A stretch of DNA of 64,000 nt from Polyangiaceae bacterium (GTDB taxonomy: Bacteria; Myxococcota_A; Polyangia; Polyangiales; Polyangiaceae), in NCBI GenBank assembly GCA_050287085.1, contig JBNKBE010000003.1, forward strand, positions 1-64,000, written 5' to 3'. The translations under genes and the position numbers were made by a program. The number at the start of each line of letters is the position of its first letter. Position 1 is the first letter of the stretch. Below the pieces are notes generated by a model, which saw only the letters and a program-made list of their open reading frames with translations, did no database searches and was not told the DNA's origin. This document shows, one piece after another, positions 19,822 to 29,700 of the stretch.

Positions 19822-22680
19822 TCACCGATCGGTCCCAGGGAAGACATCCCCGAGCGAGGCCACCTTGCCATATCTGCGGCGCAGGGCGACGCAACGATCA
19901 ACCCACTCCAGCGCCTTCGCCAAGTTCTCTTTCGCCCCGGGGCCCAGGCGCTCGACGTTAGCGAACAACCTCACCGCGCGCTGTCGGCCGTCAACAGTAC
20001 AATGCCCTGCAGCATCAAAGGGCAAGTGTGAAGTTCCGCCTCGTCCCACGACCGCAATCACCCGCTCGAGATTAGCCTGCAACCACGAGAAGTAGTGCTG
20101 GTAGCGTTTCGGGGATGAAAAGGCTCCACGACGCAGACTCCATAGCTCCGTGGGCCGAATGACGCCGTCCAGCAGCAGGTCATAGGAATGCCGCAATAGT
20201 TCTGGCTCCTCAAAGTGGCCGAGCGCGACGATCAAGGCCTCGCGCACGCTGGGAGTGGCAGTGGGCAGCAACGAAATCATCTTCTCGTGCAGCGCCTTGT
20301 CCCCGACCACAGCAGCTAGCGGGAGCAGAATCTGGAGCTGTTCGACGTCCACCTCCGCGGGGTGAGTCAGTAGCTCTGTTACGAGTGCGCTTCCCTGGGC
20401 GCTCAGTGTGGGATCGCCCACCAACTCACCATACGCCGAAAACAACTCCGCTCGTAGCAGGCCATCTCCGCTAGCTTCGTTCGGACGGGCGCGAGTCCCC
20501 ACCCGGCGCACGTGAGGCTCGAGCAACGCGCGTGCGAACTGACGAAACTGCGCCTGGGTCGTGCCCTCGGCCGCCACTCTTCGCACCAAGCGCAAGCCAG
20601 CGATGACACCTGACAAGACGAAGCGATGCGAGTCCTTGGCGCTCTGCGCCAGAACCCGTAAGAAATCGGGTAGCGAGACTTCGCCGGCCTCGAACAATGC
20701 TTGCACTTGCCGCGGCAAGGCCACGCGCTCCTTGAGCGACAAGCGCTTTCCCGCTGACGCCCCCAACGCCGCAAGCCCAGCTTGCGGCAACCGCCAGTGG
20801 AAGTAGCCGGCCTCATCGGCGTTGGGATAGACCGCAGTCGGACACGCAGATACGCGGATACGCGTCTTCGCCGTCGGCGACGAGAGCAGCTCGCAGTGCA
20901 CAGTCGACGCGCCGGTATCGGGCAATAGCCGCACGCACATCGGTATCGTCCAGGGACGCCCTCCCCGACGACTGCGCTTTCCATCGACCCCCAGGGGGAC
21001 ATATCGTTCTTGGCTGAGTGCAAGCACGAGTTCATAGCCCCCTGAGGGCCGGGCGTGGCACTGGGTGTCAAGAGTGACCAAAGGGGTCCCCGGCTGCTCT
21101 ATGAACCCGGATGCGACCTCCGCGACGGGCAGTGCTGTCTGCGCAGCAAGCGACGTCAAGAAATCGCTCATGGTGGCGTTGGAGAATTGGTGAGCCCGCA
21201 GGTAGTCACGCACGCCCTCACGGAAAGCCTGCGGGGTGATCCAGCCTTCGAGCATGCGGAGCACCGCCAAACCTTTCTGATAGGTAATGGGATCAAACGC
21301 ATTTGTTACGTCGCCAGCATTCCGAATCTGCTTTCTGATCGGTGTCGCGAAGCTGAGCGCGTCTTCCTGCATGACCTTCAGCATATCGGCCACAGCCCAG
21401 ACCTCCGACTCTAGCTCTGGAGCCAAGCGCGTCAGGACCTTATTCGACATCCAAGTTGCAAACGCCTCGTTCAACCAGACGTCGTCCCACCACTGCATCG
21501 TGACCAGGTTGCCGAACCACATGTGCGCCAGTTCGTGGGCCACAACCGATCGAGAGATGAGGGTATCGTTCCAACTTGCGGTCTTCGGATCGAGCAGAAG
21601 AATGTTTTCGCGATAGGTGACCAGCCCTACGTTCTCCATGGCCCCGGCGCGAAACACGGGAACCGCGAGTTGGTCAAGCTTCTGGAAGGGGTACGAAATG
21701 CCGAAATAGTCCTCCAGCGCCGCGAGAATAGGCCCTGTCTGAGCAGCAGCGTACGCCGCCTGGGCCGACTTGCCGGCGGTTGTGTATACATTGTGCTGGA
21801 GATGCAGGAGCGGGGCTGAGTACAGCTCGAACTCTCCGACGGCGAAGGCCACTAGATAGGTCGGTAGTGGCGCCGTCTCGGCAAAATCGAAAACCAAGCT
21901 TCCGCTGTCTCTCGCGACGTGTGATAGGGGAGCGTTGGAGAGCGCGGTCATCCCCTCCGGCACACGCAAACGAATGCGAAATGGGGTTTTGAACTGTGGC
22001 TCGTCGAAACACGGAAACGCGCTGCGCGCCTCGAGCGCCTCAAACTGAGTAAACGCGTACCACTTGCCTCGCTCGCGGACGCGGTACAACGAGTCCGGGG
22101 CTTCGGAAAGGGCCCCTTCGTGCTGTAAACGCAACGTCGCGCTACCAGTGAGCGGCTCCTCAAAATGCAATGCGAGTCCACCGTGGCGCCCCACTTCCAC
22201 GCGAGCTCGATGAACGCTGCCCGCTAGTGATATGGCGTCGGCGGCCGTGACGGAGATACTGCCCGCGTGAAGAACGATCCGTCGCGTCGGCTGCGACATA
22301 CTCACGTCGATATTGGTGATGCCCGTGAAGCTATCCGTGCGCGGATCGACGTCGAGCGCGATGTGGTAACGCCGCGGCCGAATCGCCGTCGTCAGACGCT
22401 GCTCGCCGTCAGGTGCCAGCTGCTCCCCCGTGTGCGCTGGGGTCAAGCTCGCTCGGGTCAAGCTCGCGTCCGGGGTCACCGCTTCGCGCGGAAGGGCGAC
22501 CGGAGGCTTTGGCGCAACGCAACTGGGCGCGACGCAATTGGGTGCGGTCCCAACCGATGGAACACAGGAGCCTCCTCCCTGGAGCAGTGCAAGCCCGAGA
22601 AGCCACCTCGCCCACGGACCTGACCTGCCCTCCCGAGCGTGCCTCGTTGTGCCCCCCACACCCCGCGCTGCGTGCTTCAT
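19822..22680 (-). CDS. M1-family aminopeptidase with ERAP1-like C-terminal domain
   Basis: GAMEN, HELAH-x18-E (WLNE), TQFE..ARSAFPCFDEP and TYQKG motifs; possible lipoprotein signal. Confidence 0.93.
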   Translation of the reverse strand: MKHAARGVGGTTRHAREGRSGPWARWLLGLALLQGGGSCVPSVGTAPNCVAPSCVAPKPPVALPREAVTPDASLTRASLTPAHTGEQLAPDGEQRLTTAIRPRRYHIALDVDPRTDSFTGITNIDVSMSQPTRRIVLHAGSISVTAADAISLAGSVHRARVEVGRHGGLALHFEEPLTGSATLRLQHEGALSEAPDSLYRVRERGKWYAFTQFEALEARSAFPCFDEPQFKTPFRIRLRVPEGMTALSNAPLSHVARDSGSLVFDFAETAPLPTYLVAFAVGEFELYSAPLLHLQHNVYTTAGKSAQAAYAAAQTGPILAALEDYFGISYPFQKLDQLAVPVFRAGAMENVGLVTYRENILLLDPKTASWNDTLISRSVVAHELAHMWFGNLVTMQWWDDVWLNEAFATWMSNKVLTRLAPELESEVWAVADMLKVMQEDALSFATPIRKQIRNAGDVTNAFDPITYQKGLAVLRMLEGWITPQAFREGVRDYLRAHQFSNATMSDFLTSLAAQTALPVAEVASGFIEQPGTPLVTLDTQCHARPSGGYELVLALSQERYVPLGVDGKRSRRGGRPWTIPMCVRLLPDTGASTVHCELLSSPTAKTRIRVSACPTAVYPNADEAGYFHWRLPQAGLAALGASAGKRLSLKERVALPRQVQALFEAGEVSLPDFLRVLAQSAKDSHRFVLSGVIAGLRLVRRVAAEGTTQAQFRQFARALLEPHVRRVGTRARPNEASGDGLLRAELFSAYGELVGDPTLSAQGSALVTELLTHPAEVDVEQLQILLPLAAVVGDKALHEKMISLLPTATPSVREALIVALGHFEEPELLRHSYDLLLDGVIRPTELWSLRRGAFSSPKRYQHYFSWLQANLERVIAVVGRGGTSHLPFDAAGHCTVDGRQRAVRLFANVERLGPGAKENLAKALEWVDRCVALRRRYGKVASLGDVFPGTDR

Positions 22681-23012
22681 GGGAAGCAAGGGTAACGCAT
22701 AGGAGCGCGGAGCACGCCCGCCGCCCGGCGCTCAACTGCGATCTATCGAGTCCTGAGCCGGGTTCTAGGCCGCAGCGCAAACGTTCATCACGTCCCTGCC
22801 GCCGCGCCGCGGCCACGGGCGATCGCACTCGACTGGCGGCATTTCCGTTTGGACTAGAGAGATCGGAAACGCTGTGCTCAGTGCGAAACACGCGGCAGGC
22901 AGCTACTTCGCCATCGCTTGAGCCGCCGCGGGCAAGACACTACGATCTAGGCCTAGTTATGGGCCAGTCGCAACTACCTACCTTGCCGTACATATCCTCC
23001 TCTGACGTCGCC

Positions 23013-24344
23013 ATGCGCAATCGAAAAGCCCCAGTGAACGAGGGTAGCCCCAAGGAGGCTTGTCGCGGGGCTTGGGTAGGCCTGGGTCGCACTACGCGCT
23101 TTGTCGCGCTGGCCGCTCTCGCGAGCGCCGCGGCCTGCTCCGCTGGCGACGCGGGCGAAGATGGACCGGGACGAGGCAAGGGCGGCCCAAGCGGCGCCGG
23201 TGCCAATTCGCCGGGTGCTCCATTCCAAAGCGACGATACGGACGACGTGATCGTCAGTGGTGGACCTGACTCGCCAGGGGGAACCATTGTCCCGCCGGGC
23301 AGCAACAACTACATGGGGGGCGAGCTGCTTTGCGACGGCGTTGACGAGAATAACAACGGCATCATTGACGACGTCGACGTGGGCATGGACGGGCTCTGCG
23401 ACTGCATTCAGCTCGGCTTCTTCGGTAAGATTGCCTCTGACGCGGGCAGCAACACAGGGCAATTCGAGGCGTGGCTCGATGAACGCGCAGGTGGAGCACA
23501 AGACTTCAAGCAGCTGGGTGCCACCGACACCCTCACAGCCCAATGGCTGTCAGACTTGCAGGTGCTGATCATCGGTGGAATGCAGGATCGCACGCAACGG
23601 CCGGCGTTTTCCAGCGATGAGATGAAAGCGATTTCCGACTGGGTAAACCAGGGGGGCGGACTGGTCACTCTTGCAGGCTACACCGCAAACAGCGATGCCG
23701 CCGTTCCCACTTCAGATCTCCTGAGTAACTTCGGCTTGAGCTACGATATTCAGTCCGCTCCTGGGGCCGGCATCATCAGCGAGACGGTCAACGCGGGGCC
23801 GCCAGTGTGGTTGACAGGCATTACCGCACCCGACCATCCCACCGTCAGCGGCGTCTCGCAGATCGGGTTCTTCTACGGCTACCCCGTCAGCGGCGAGGGA
23901 ACCGTCATCCTGGAAGACAGGGGCTACGCGCTGGCCGTAGCCAAGCAGGTTGGCAACGGACGCGTGTTCGCATTCGGAGACGAGTGGATCACCCAAGACC
24001 AAACGTGGTCGGGTGTCAGCCTGGGCCAGAGCGCTGACTGCCAAGCGTGCAACGAAGCCACCGGGCGCTGCGAAGGTGCCAAGAACCGATGCGAAAGCTG
24101 CGAAATGGAGCCGTGCTCCGATCCCAACGACTCGCTACCGGACTGCCAGAAAGGCTGTACTCAGGGCTGCGAGCAGGAAACGCAGAGTTGTACGGATCTG
24201 CAAGACCAATGCGACGCGTGCAGAGAGGTCGCCCTCCGACGCGCTGATGCCACCGCGCGACTCTGGCTCAATACCCTTCGGTGGCTAACGCCGGAGACGG
24301 TGTGCCAGGTGCCAATTCCCCCGCCCGACGTATTCATCCAATAA
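23013..24344 (+). CDS. Lipoprotein with MopE-like motif, GATase/DUF4350-like domain and Cys-rich helical insert
   Basis: Lipobox AAAC; CDGVDENNNGIIDD; WVNQGGGLV; GNGRVFAFGDEW; start uncertain. Confidence 0.65.
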   Translation: MRNRKAPVNEGSPKEACRGAWVGLGRTTRFVALAALASAAACSAGDAGEDGPGRGKGGPSGAGANSPGAPFQSDDTDDVIVSGGPDSPGGTIVPPGSNNYMGGELLCDGVDENNNGIIDDVDVGMDGLCDCIQLGFFGKIASDAGSNTGQFEAWLDERAGGAQDFKQLGATDTLTAQWLSDLQVLIIGGMQDRTQRPAFSSDEMKAISDWVNQGGGLVTLAGYTANSDAAVPTSDLLSNFGLSYDIQSAPGAGIISETVNAGPPVWLTGITAPDHPTVSGVSQIGFFYGYPVSGEGTVILEDRGYALAVAKQVGNGRVFAFGDEWITQDQTWSGVSLGQSADCQACNEATGRCEGAKNRCESCEMEPCSDPNDSLPDCQKGCTQGCEQETQSCTDLQDQCDACREVALRRADATARLWLNTLRWLTPETVCQVPIPPPDVFIQ

Positions 24345-24395
24345 CGTCGGAGTCAAGGCCAGGACTGGGAGTCCACCGTTCAAAGACGGCTTCCG

Positions 24396-24468
<73 letters not shown>

Positions 24469-25010
24469 GGAGTGTCCGCATCTAGATGTGGCCTCTCCTG
24501 AAAGTCAAGCGCAGAAGGGCCGGATGTCGCCATGGGACGGGTTTCCCTGTCGGTGTCCATGGTGCGCGCCGGTCACCGCCTTCGGTCACGCAGCCAGGTA
24601 GTCAAACACCCCGGGCGCTCGCGACATCCCGATGTGGGTGCTCCTCCGCCCTGGGCTCCCGCGAAAGCCCCCAGCGCAGCCGAAGGTCCCGGATGCAAGC
24701 GCCCGCGGGACCGACGCGTCCAGCTCCAACTCCCCCGTGGGAGACGCTTATAGGAGATTGTTGTGGTGCGTTCTCCCAAGCCGACGGCGCACCGCGCCGC
24801 CTCTTCAACGCCGGACGCCCGTGGGCCGCCAGGCGGAGGGGCTCCGGATGCGTTGCTCGACAGAACGCATTCTCTGCTTGCGCCGAAAAGCCTGGAAAAG
24901 CTAGGACATGCCAGATCTTGCGGAACTGCTACGGTGCCCGCGCCAAGGCAGTGTGGAGAGCCGCGCCGCGGCACCGGCCCTGTGGGGCGTTAACCTCAAC
25001 CAGACTCCTC

Positions 25011-25796
25011 GTGAAGCCCCTACTTTTTGGCCAGGCCGAAGCTCCGCTATTCGGCGTCTATCACCCCACGGGCTCGAGACGCCAACCCCGCTTGGGCGTG
25101 CTGCTTTGTTATCCCGGCCCGCGCGAATACAACTCTGCCCATTGGGCGTTTCGCAGGCTTGCCGGCTTGTTGAGCAAGGCCGGGCTCCCGACACTTCGCT
25201 TCGACTACCGCGGAACAGGTGACTCCGCGGGAGAGCTCGACCAGACCCGCATAGCCGACTGGAGTGAGGACGTGGCTGTAGCCGCGCATGAGCTACGGGC
25301 TCAGTCCGGATGCCGTGAGCTCGCCATCGTTGCCATGCGCCTGGGCGCGCTCCCGGCCATGATGGCCTGCAACGCCGGACTGGGGCTCAACTCGCTTGTG
25401 CTCTGGCAGCCGGTCATGAGCGGCGAAGAGTACCTGTCTGAGCTTCGTCTGAGCCACGAGCGCCGGCGTATCGTACTCCTCCATGCCGCAAGAGAAGCCC
25501 ATGGCGACCGTGAATTGCTCGGTTTCAACATGAGCGACGCCCAACGACAAGAATTGGCCGCACTGCGTGCTGAAGCGCATTGGCTGCGAAATGTTCCGCG
25601 CGTGACGATCGTTCATCCCCCAGCGAGTTTCGCCTTCTACCGTTATCTTGGAGCTGCCCCCCGCGAGGCCACCCAGCCCACGGTTATCGAGGTGACGGGA
25701 AGTGCCGCACCGAGGACGGAAAAGGCAATGCTCTCTAATGACGCCCTGGAGGCGATCGTCTCGGCCTTGCAGGCGGGAGGGCACTCCAATGACTGA
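25011..25796 (+). CDS. Alpha/beta hydrolase-fold protein, exosortase-system hydrolase-2-like (Arg at the nucleophile position)
   Basis: LRFDYRGTGDS, AMRLGA elbow and LWQPV..G..YL; GTG start inferred. Confidence 0.75.
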   Translation: MKPLLFGQAEAPLFGVYHPTGSRRQPRLGVLLCYPGPREYNSAHWAFRRLAGLLSKAGLPTLRFDYRGTGDSAGELDQTRIADWSEDVAVAAHELRAQSGCRELAIVAMRLGALPAMMACNAGLGLNSLVLWQPVMSGEEYLSELRLSHERRRIVLLHAAREAHGDRELLGFNMSDAQRQELAALRAEAHWLRNVPRVTIVHPPASFAFYRYLGAAPREATQPTVIEVTGSAAPRTEKAMLSNDALEAIVSALQAGGHSND

Positions 25797-26646
25797 GCAG
25801 GTGCTGGTGTTCGGAACCAGCAAGAACCTCGTGGGCCTCCTGACTCAACCTTCGGGCCAGAAAGAGTACCCCGTGGCCTTCGTCATGTGGAACGTGGGGA
25901 TCAACCATCGCGTCGGCCCCTACCGCGTGTTCACCCAGTTGGCGCGTCGATTGGCGTCTCTCGGCTTCACGGCCCTGCGCTTTGATGTATCGGGCCTTGG
26001 GGATAGCGAAGTGGCACGTAGCGACCGACGCCCGGAAGCCGAACGGCCTGCAGGGGACGTGCGCATGGCCTTCGACGCGATCGCGGCGCGCACCGGCATT
26101 GAGCGCTTTGTCGTCATCGGTTTCTGCTCCGGCGTCGACGCCGCCCACAAGCTAGCACTCGAAGATGAACGCGTGGTGGGAGCTGCCTTCCTGGAGGGAT
26201 ACGCGTTTCAAACACGGGGCTTTCGCATGAGGTACCCGAAGCGATTCTTCAATCGACAGCGCTGGGAGCGCCGGCTGCGCATGCACTGGCCGCGCTTGTT
26301 CGGAGAGGTCCCCGGCTGGGAACAACAGCTCATGGCCCGCGAGTCCATCTACGAGCGCAACTACCCGACCCCGGAAGAGTTCGGCCGCGAAGTTCGAACC
26401 ATGGCCACTCGCGGCAAGCAGCTGCTCTTCGTGTACGTCGGAGGAGAATCCTCCTACGCCTATCGAGAGCAGTTGTTCGAGCATACGGGTCGTGGTGACT
26501 TCGAGCGTATGATTGATCTGGACTTCTTTGGGGATGCCGATCACACCTTTTTCTGTGAGGCGGATCGCAAGCGGATGGTGGAGCGCGTCTTGAGCTGGGC
26601 TCGGGAGCGCTTCAGCCTGGTGAGTCCCGCCTCCAGTGACGACTGA
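25789..26646 (+). CDS. Alpha/beta hydrolase-fold protein, exosortase-system hydrolase-1-like (Cys nucleophile)
   Basis: HRVGPYR, LRFDVSGLGDS, GFCSG elbow and ADHTF His; overlaps the upstream gene by 8 nt. Confidence 0.8.
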   Translation: MTEQVLVFGTSKNLVGLLTQPSGQKEYPVAFVMWNVGINHRVGPYRVFTQLARRLASLGFTALRFDVSGLGDSEVARSDRRPEAERPAGDVRMAFDAIAARTGIERFVVIGFCSGVDAAHKLALEDERVVGAAFLEGYAFQTRGFRMRYPKRFFNRQRWERRLRMHWPRLFGEVPGWEQQLMARESIYERNYPTPEEFGREVRTMATRGKQLLFVYVGGESSYAYREQLFEHTGRGDFERMIDLDFFGDADHTFFCEADRKRMVERVLSWARERFSLVSPASSDD

Positions 26647-26719
26647 TGCCGGCCAACGATTCGTCTCGCTGGTCGCACGACATGACAGCCTGGATCCGTT
26701 CCGGGAGGAGAGCAGCTAG

Positions 26720-29700
26720 ATGCCGAATCTAAGTGAGGCCGAGCAACACCATTTGGTTTTCGAGCTCAATCAGGGCGCAGACGACGGCGTTCCAAGCCGC
26801 ACCATCGCCGAATTGTTCGCGGCTGAGCTGAGAGCCGGGCCCGAACGAATCGCTGTCGCGTGGCACGGTGGTAGCCTCAGCTACGCGGAGCTCGACGCAG
26901 CGAGCAGTCACCTTGCAGGGCGACTCAGCGACGCGGGTGCAAGCGAAGGCAAGGTGGTCGCGCTTTGCCTGGAACGAGGGCCGCTCGCCATCGTTGCGCT
27001 GCTGGCTACGGCGAAAGCCAGCGCCGCCTACATGCCGATTGAACCGACGTATCCCGAAGATCGGATTCGTTTCATGCTCCAGGACGCAGCCCCCGTCGTG
27101 GTCCTGACGAGCACCGACTTGCGCTCGCAATTGCCCGGCGACTACGCCGGGACGGTTTGGGAGCTACCGGCAACACCCGAGGTCGATGGCTCATCGCGAC
27201 CAGCCCCGACGCAGCTCAACGGGCCCGAAAGCCCGGCGTACGTTATGTACACCTCCGGCTCCACGGGCCAGCCGAAAGGTGTGGTGGTCCCTCAGCGCGC
27301 CATTGATCGCCTGGTGAAGCAGGCCCCCTTCGCCAAGCTCGACAGCGACACACGGATCCTGCAGGCGGCACCCATCGCATTCGACGCGTCAACCTTCGAG
27401 ATCTGGGGCGCCCTCCTCAATGGCGGCACGGTCGTGCTCCACGACGAAGCATTCCCGACGCCCGCTGGCCTCCGGCGCTCCATTCGGGAGCTGGGGGTCA
27501 CCACCATGTGGCTGACGGCGGGTCTCTTCAACGCCGTCATAGATGAAGATCCACAGGCGCTCAGTGGCCTCTGCGAGCTGTTGACCGGAGGAGAAGCACT
27601 CAGCGTTCCACACGTCAGCAAGGCGCTGGCGGAACTACCCACGACGCAGCTGATCAACGGCTACGGCCCCACGGAAACGACAACGTTCGCGACTTGTTAT
27701 CGCATTCCGCCAGACCGCGCACTGCCGCCCACCGGTGTGCCTATCGGCTATGCCATCAGACAGACGCGGCTCTACGTGCTCGACGAAGAGCTACGCCCTG
27801 TTCGCGCGGGCGAGCTGGGCGAGCTCTACGTCGGCGGACGCGGCGTTTCGCTGGGTTACCTCAACCGAGACGACCTCACGGCGGAGCGCTTCTTCGATGA
27901 CCCCTTCGTTGCTGGTGAGCGGCTCTACAAGACTGGCGATCAAGTCAGAATGGACAACGATGGTCTGGTTCACTACGCAGGGCGGGCTGACCAACAGGTG
28001 AAAATTCGCGGCTTCCGAATCGAGCTCGGTGAGATCGAAGCCGCGCTGGTAGCTCGCCCTGGGGTGGCCCGAGCGGCCGTCAAGGTGATTGAGCAAGCCG
28101 GAAATAAGTCGCTGTGTGCGTACCTGGTGCCCGCCGACGGTCACCACAAGGACGCGAAAGCGGTCATGGACGCGCTGCGGCAGTCGCTACCGGACTACAT
28201 GGTCCCGTCGCGACACGTCTGGATCGACGAGATTCCGATCACGGCCAACGGCAAGACCAACTATGCCGCGCTGCCCGCTCCAGAACTTCAAGGAACTGAA
28301 GTACGCGGCGCTACTTCGGCGGCAGGCACCGCAGGCGCAATAGCGGCCGTCTTCGCCGAGCTGTTGGGCTTCGCTCAGGTCGACCCTGACGCCAACGTCT
28401 TCGATTTGGGGGCCAATTCGCTTCTCGTTGTGCGAGCGGTCACTCGCTTGCGAGATCGCGTTGGTATCGAGGTACCGGTCACAAAGGTCTTCCAGTATCC
28501 AACGCCGCGAACGCTGGGTGACTTCCTCGACGGGAACACGACGCAGAAGCGCAGCTCCACCAGGCAGCCAGCGCTGGCACAGCAGGATGGGCAGATCGCC
28601 ATCATCGGTATCGCAGGTCGCTTTCCAGGCGCACTCAGCGTGGAGCAGCTCTGGGACAACCTCGTCGCCGGCAAGGACACCGTCGCCCATTTTGGACGCC
28701 ATCAGCTGGATCCTTCTATTCCAGACGAGCTTGTCGCCGATCCACGCTACGTGCCCGCCCGCGGCGTCATTGACGAGCCTGAACACTTCGATGCTGCCTT
28801 CTTCGGCATCACGCCCAAAGAAGCCTTGCTCATGGATCCCCAGCAGCGCCTGCTCTTTGAGATTGCGTGGGAGGCTCTCGAATCATCCGGGTATGTTCCC
28901 GAAAAGTACCCTCGCCCAATAGGTGTCTTTGCAGGGAAATACAACGACACCTACTATGCCGAGCGTGTCCTCCAGTATCCTGAGCTGATCGCGGAACTCG
29001 GTGAGTTCCAGGTGATGGTCGCCAATGAGAAGGACTACGTCGCAACCCGACTAGCCCATCGTCTGAATCTGCGTGGCCCCGCGGTGAGCGTGCATACCGC
29101 CTGCTCGACGTCGCTCGTGGCCATCACCATGGCCGTCTCGGCGCTCAGAGCCGGACAGTGCGGCATCGCCTTGGCGGGCGGCGCGTCGCTGACGGTCCCG
29201 ATCAACAGCGGGCATCTCTACCAAGAGGGAGCGATGCTGTCTGCCGACGGCAAGACTCGCACTTTCGACCAAGACGCCAGCGGAACCGTCTTCAGCGACG
29301 GCGTCGCGATGGTAGTTCTGAAGCGACTCGGTGAAGCTGTGGCGGATGGCGACACCATTTACGGGGTCATCCACGGCATCGGGCTGAATAACGACGGCGC
29401 CGACAAGGCGAGCTTCACAGCCCCAAGCATCGAGGGCCAAACAGACGTCATCGCCATGGCCCAAGCCGATGCCGGATTGACGCCGGACGACATCGACTAT
29501 GTCGAGACCCACGGCACCGCGACGCCTTTGGGCGATCCGATCGAGGTCGAAGCCTTGTCTCAGGCCTTCGCCGAACGCACGTCCGACCGTGGCCCAGTCC
29601 TGATCGGCTCTCTGAAGAGCAACATGGGGCATCTTGTCATCGCGGCCGGCGCCGCCGGCATGATCAAGACCGCCCTGGCCCTACAACGGGAGCTCATTCC

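Noticed and set aside
24486..25010. Long N-terminal extension of the first hydrolase ORF
   Set aside because: Arg/Pro-rich shadow-like sequence; the recognisable fold starts at GTG 25011. The same applies to the extensions of ORFs 22413, 5257, 12984 and 15770.
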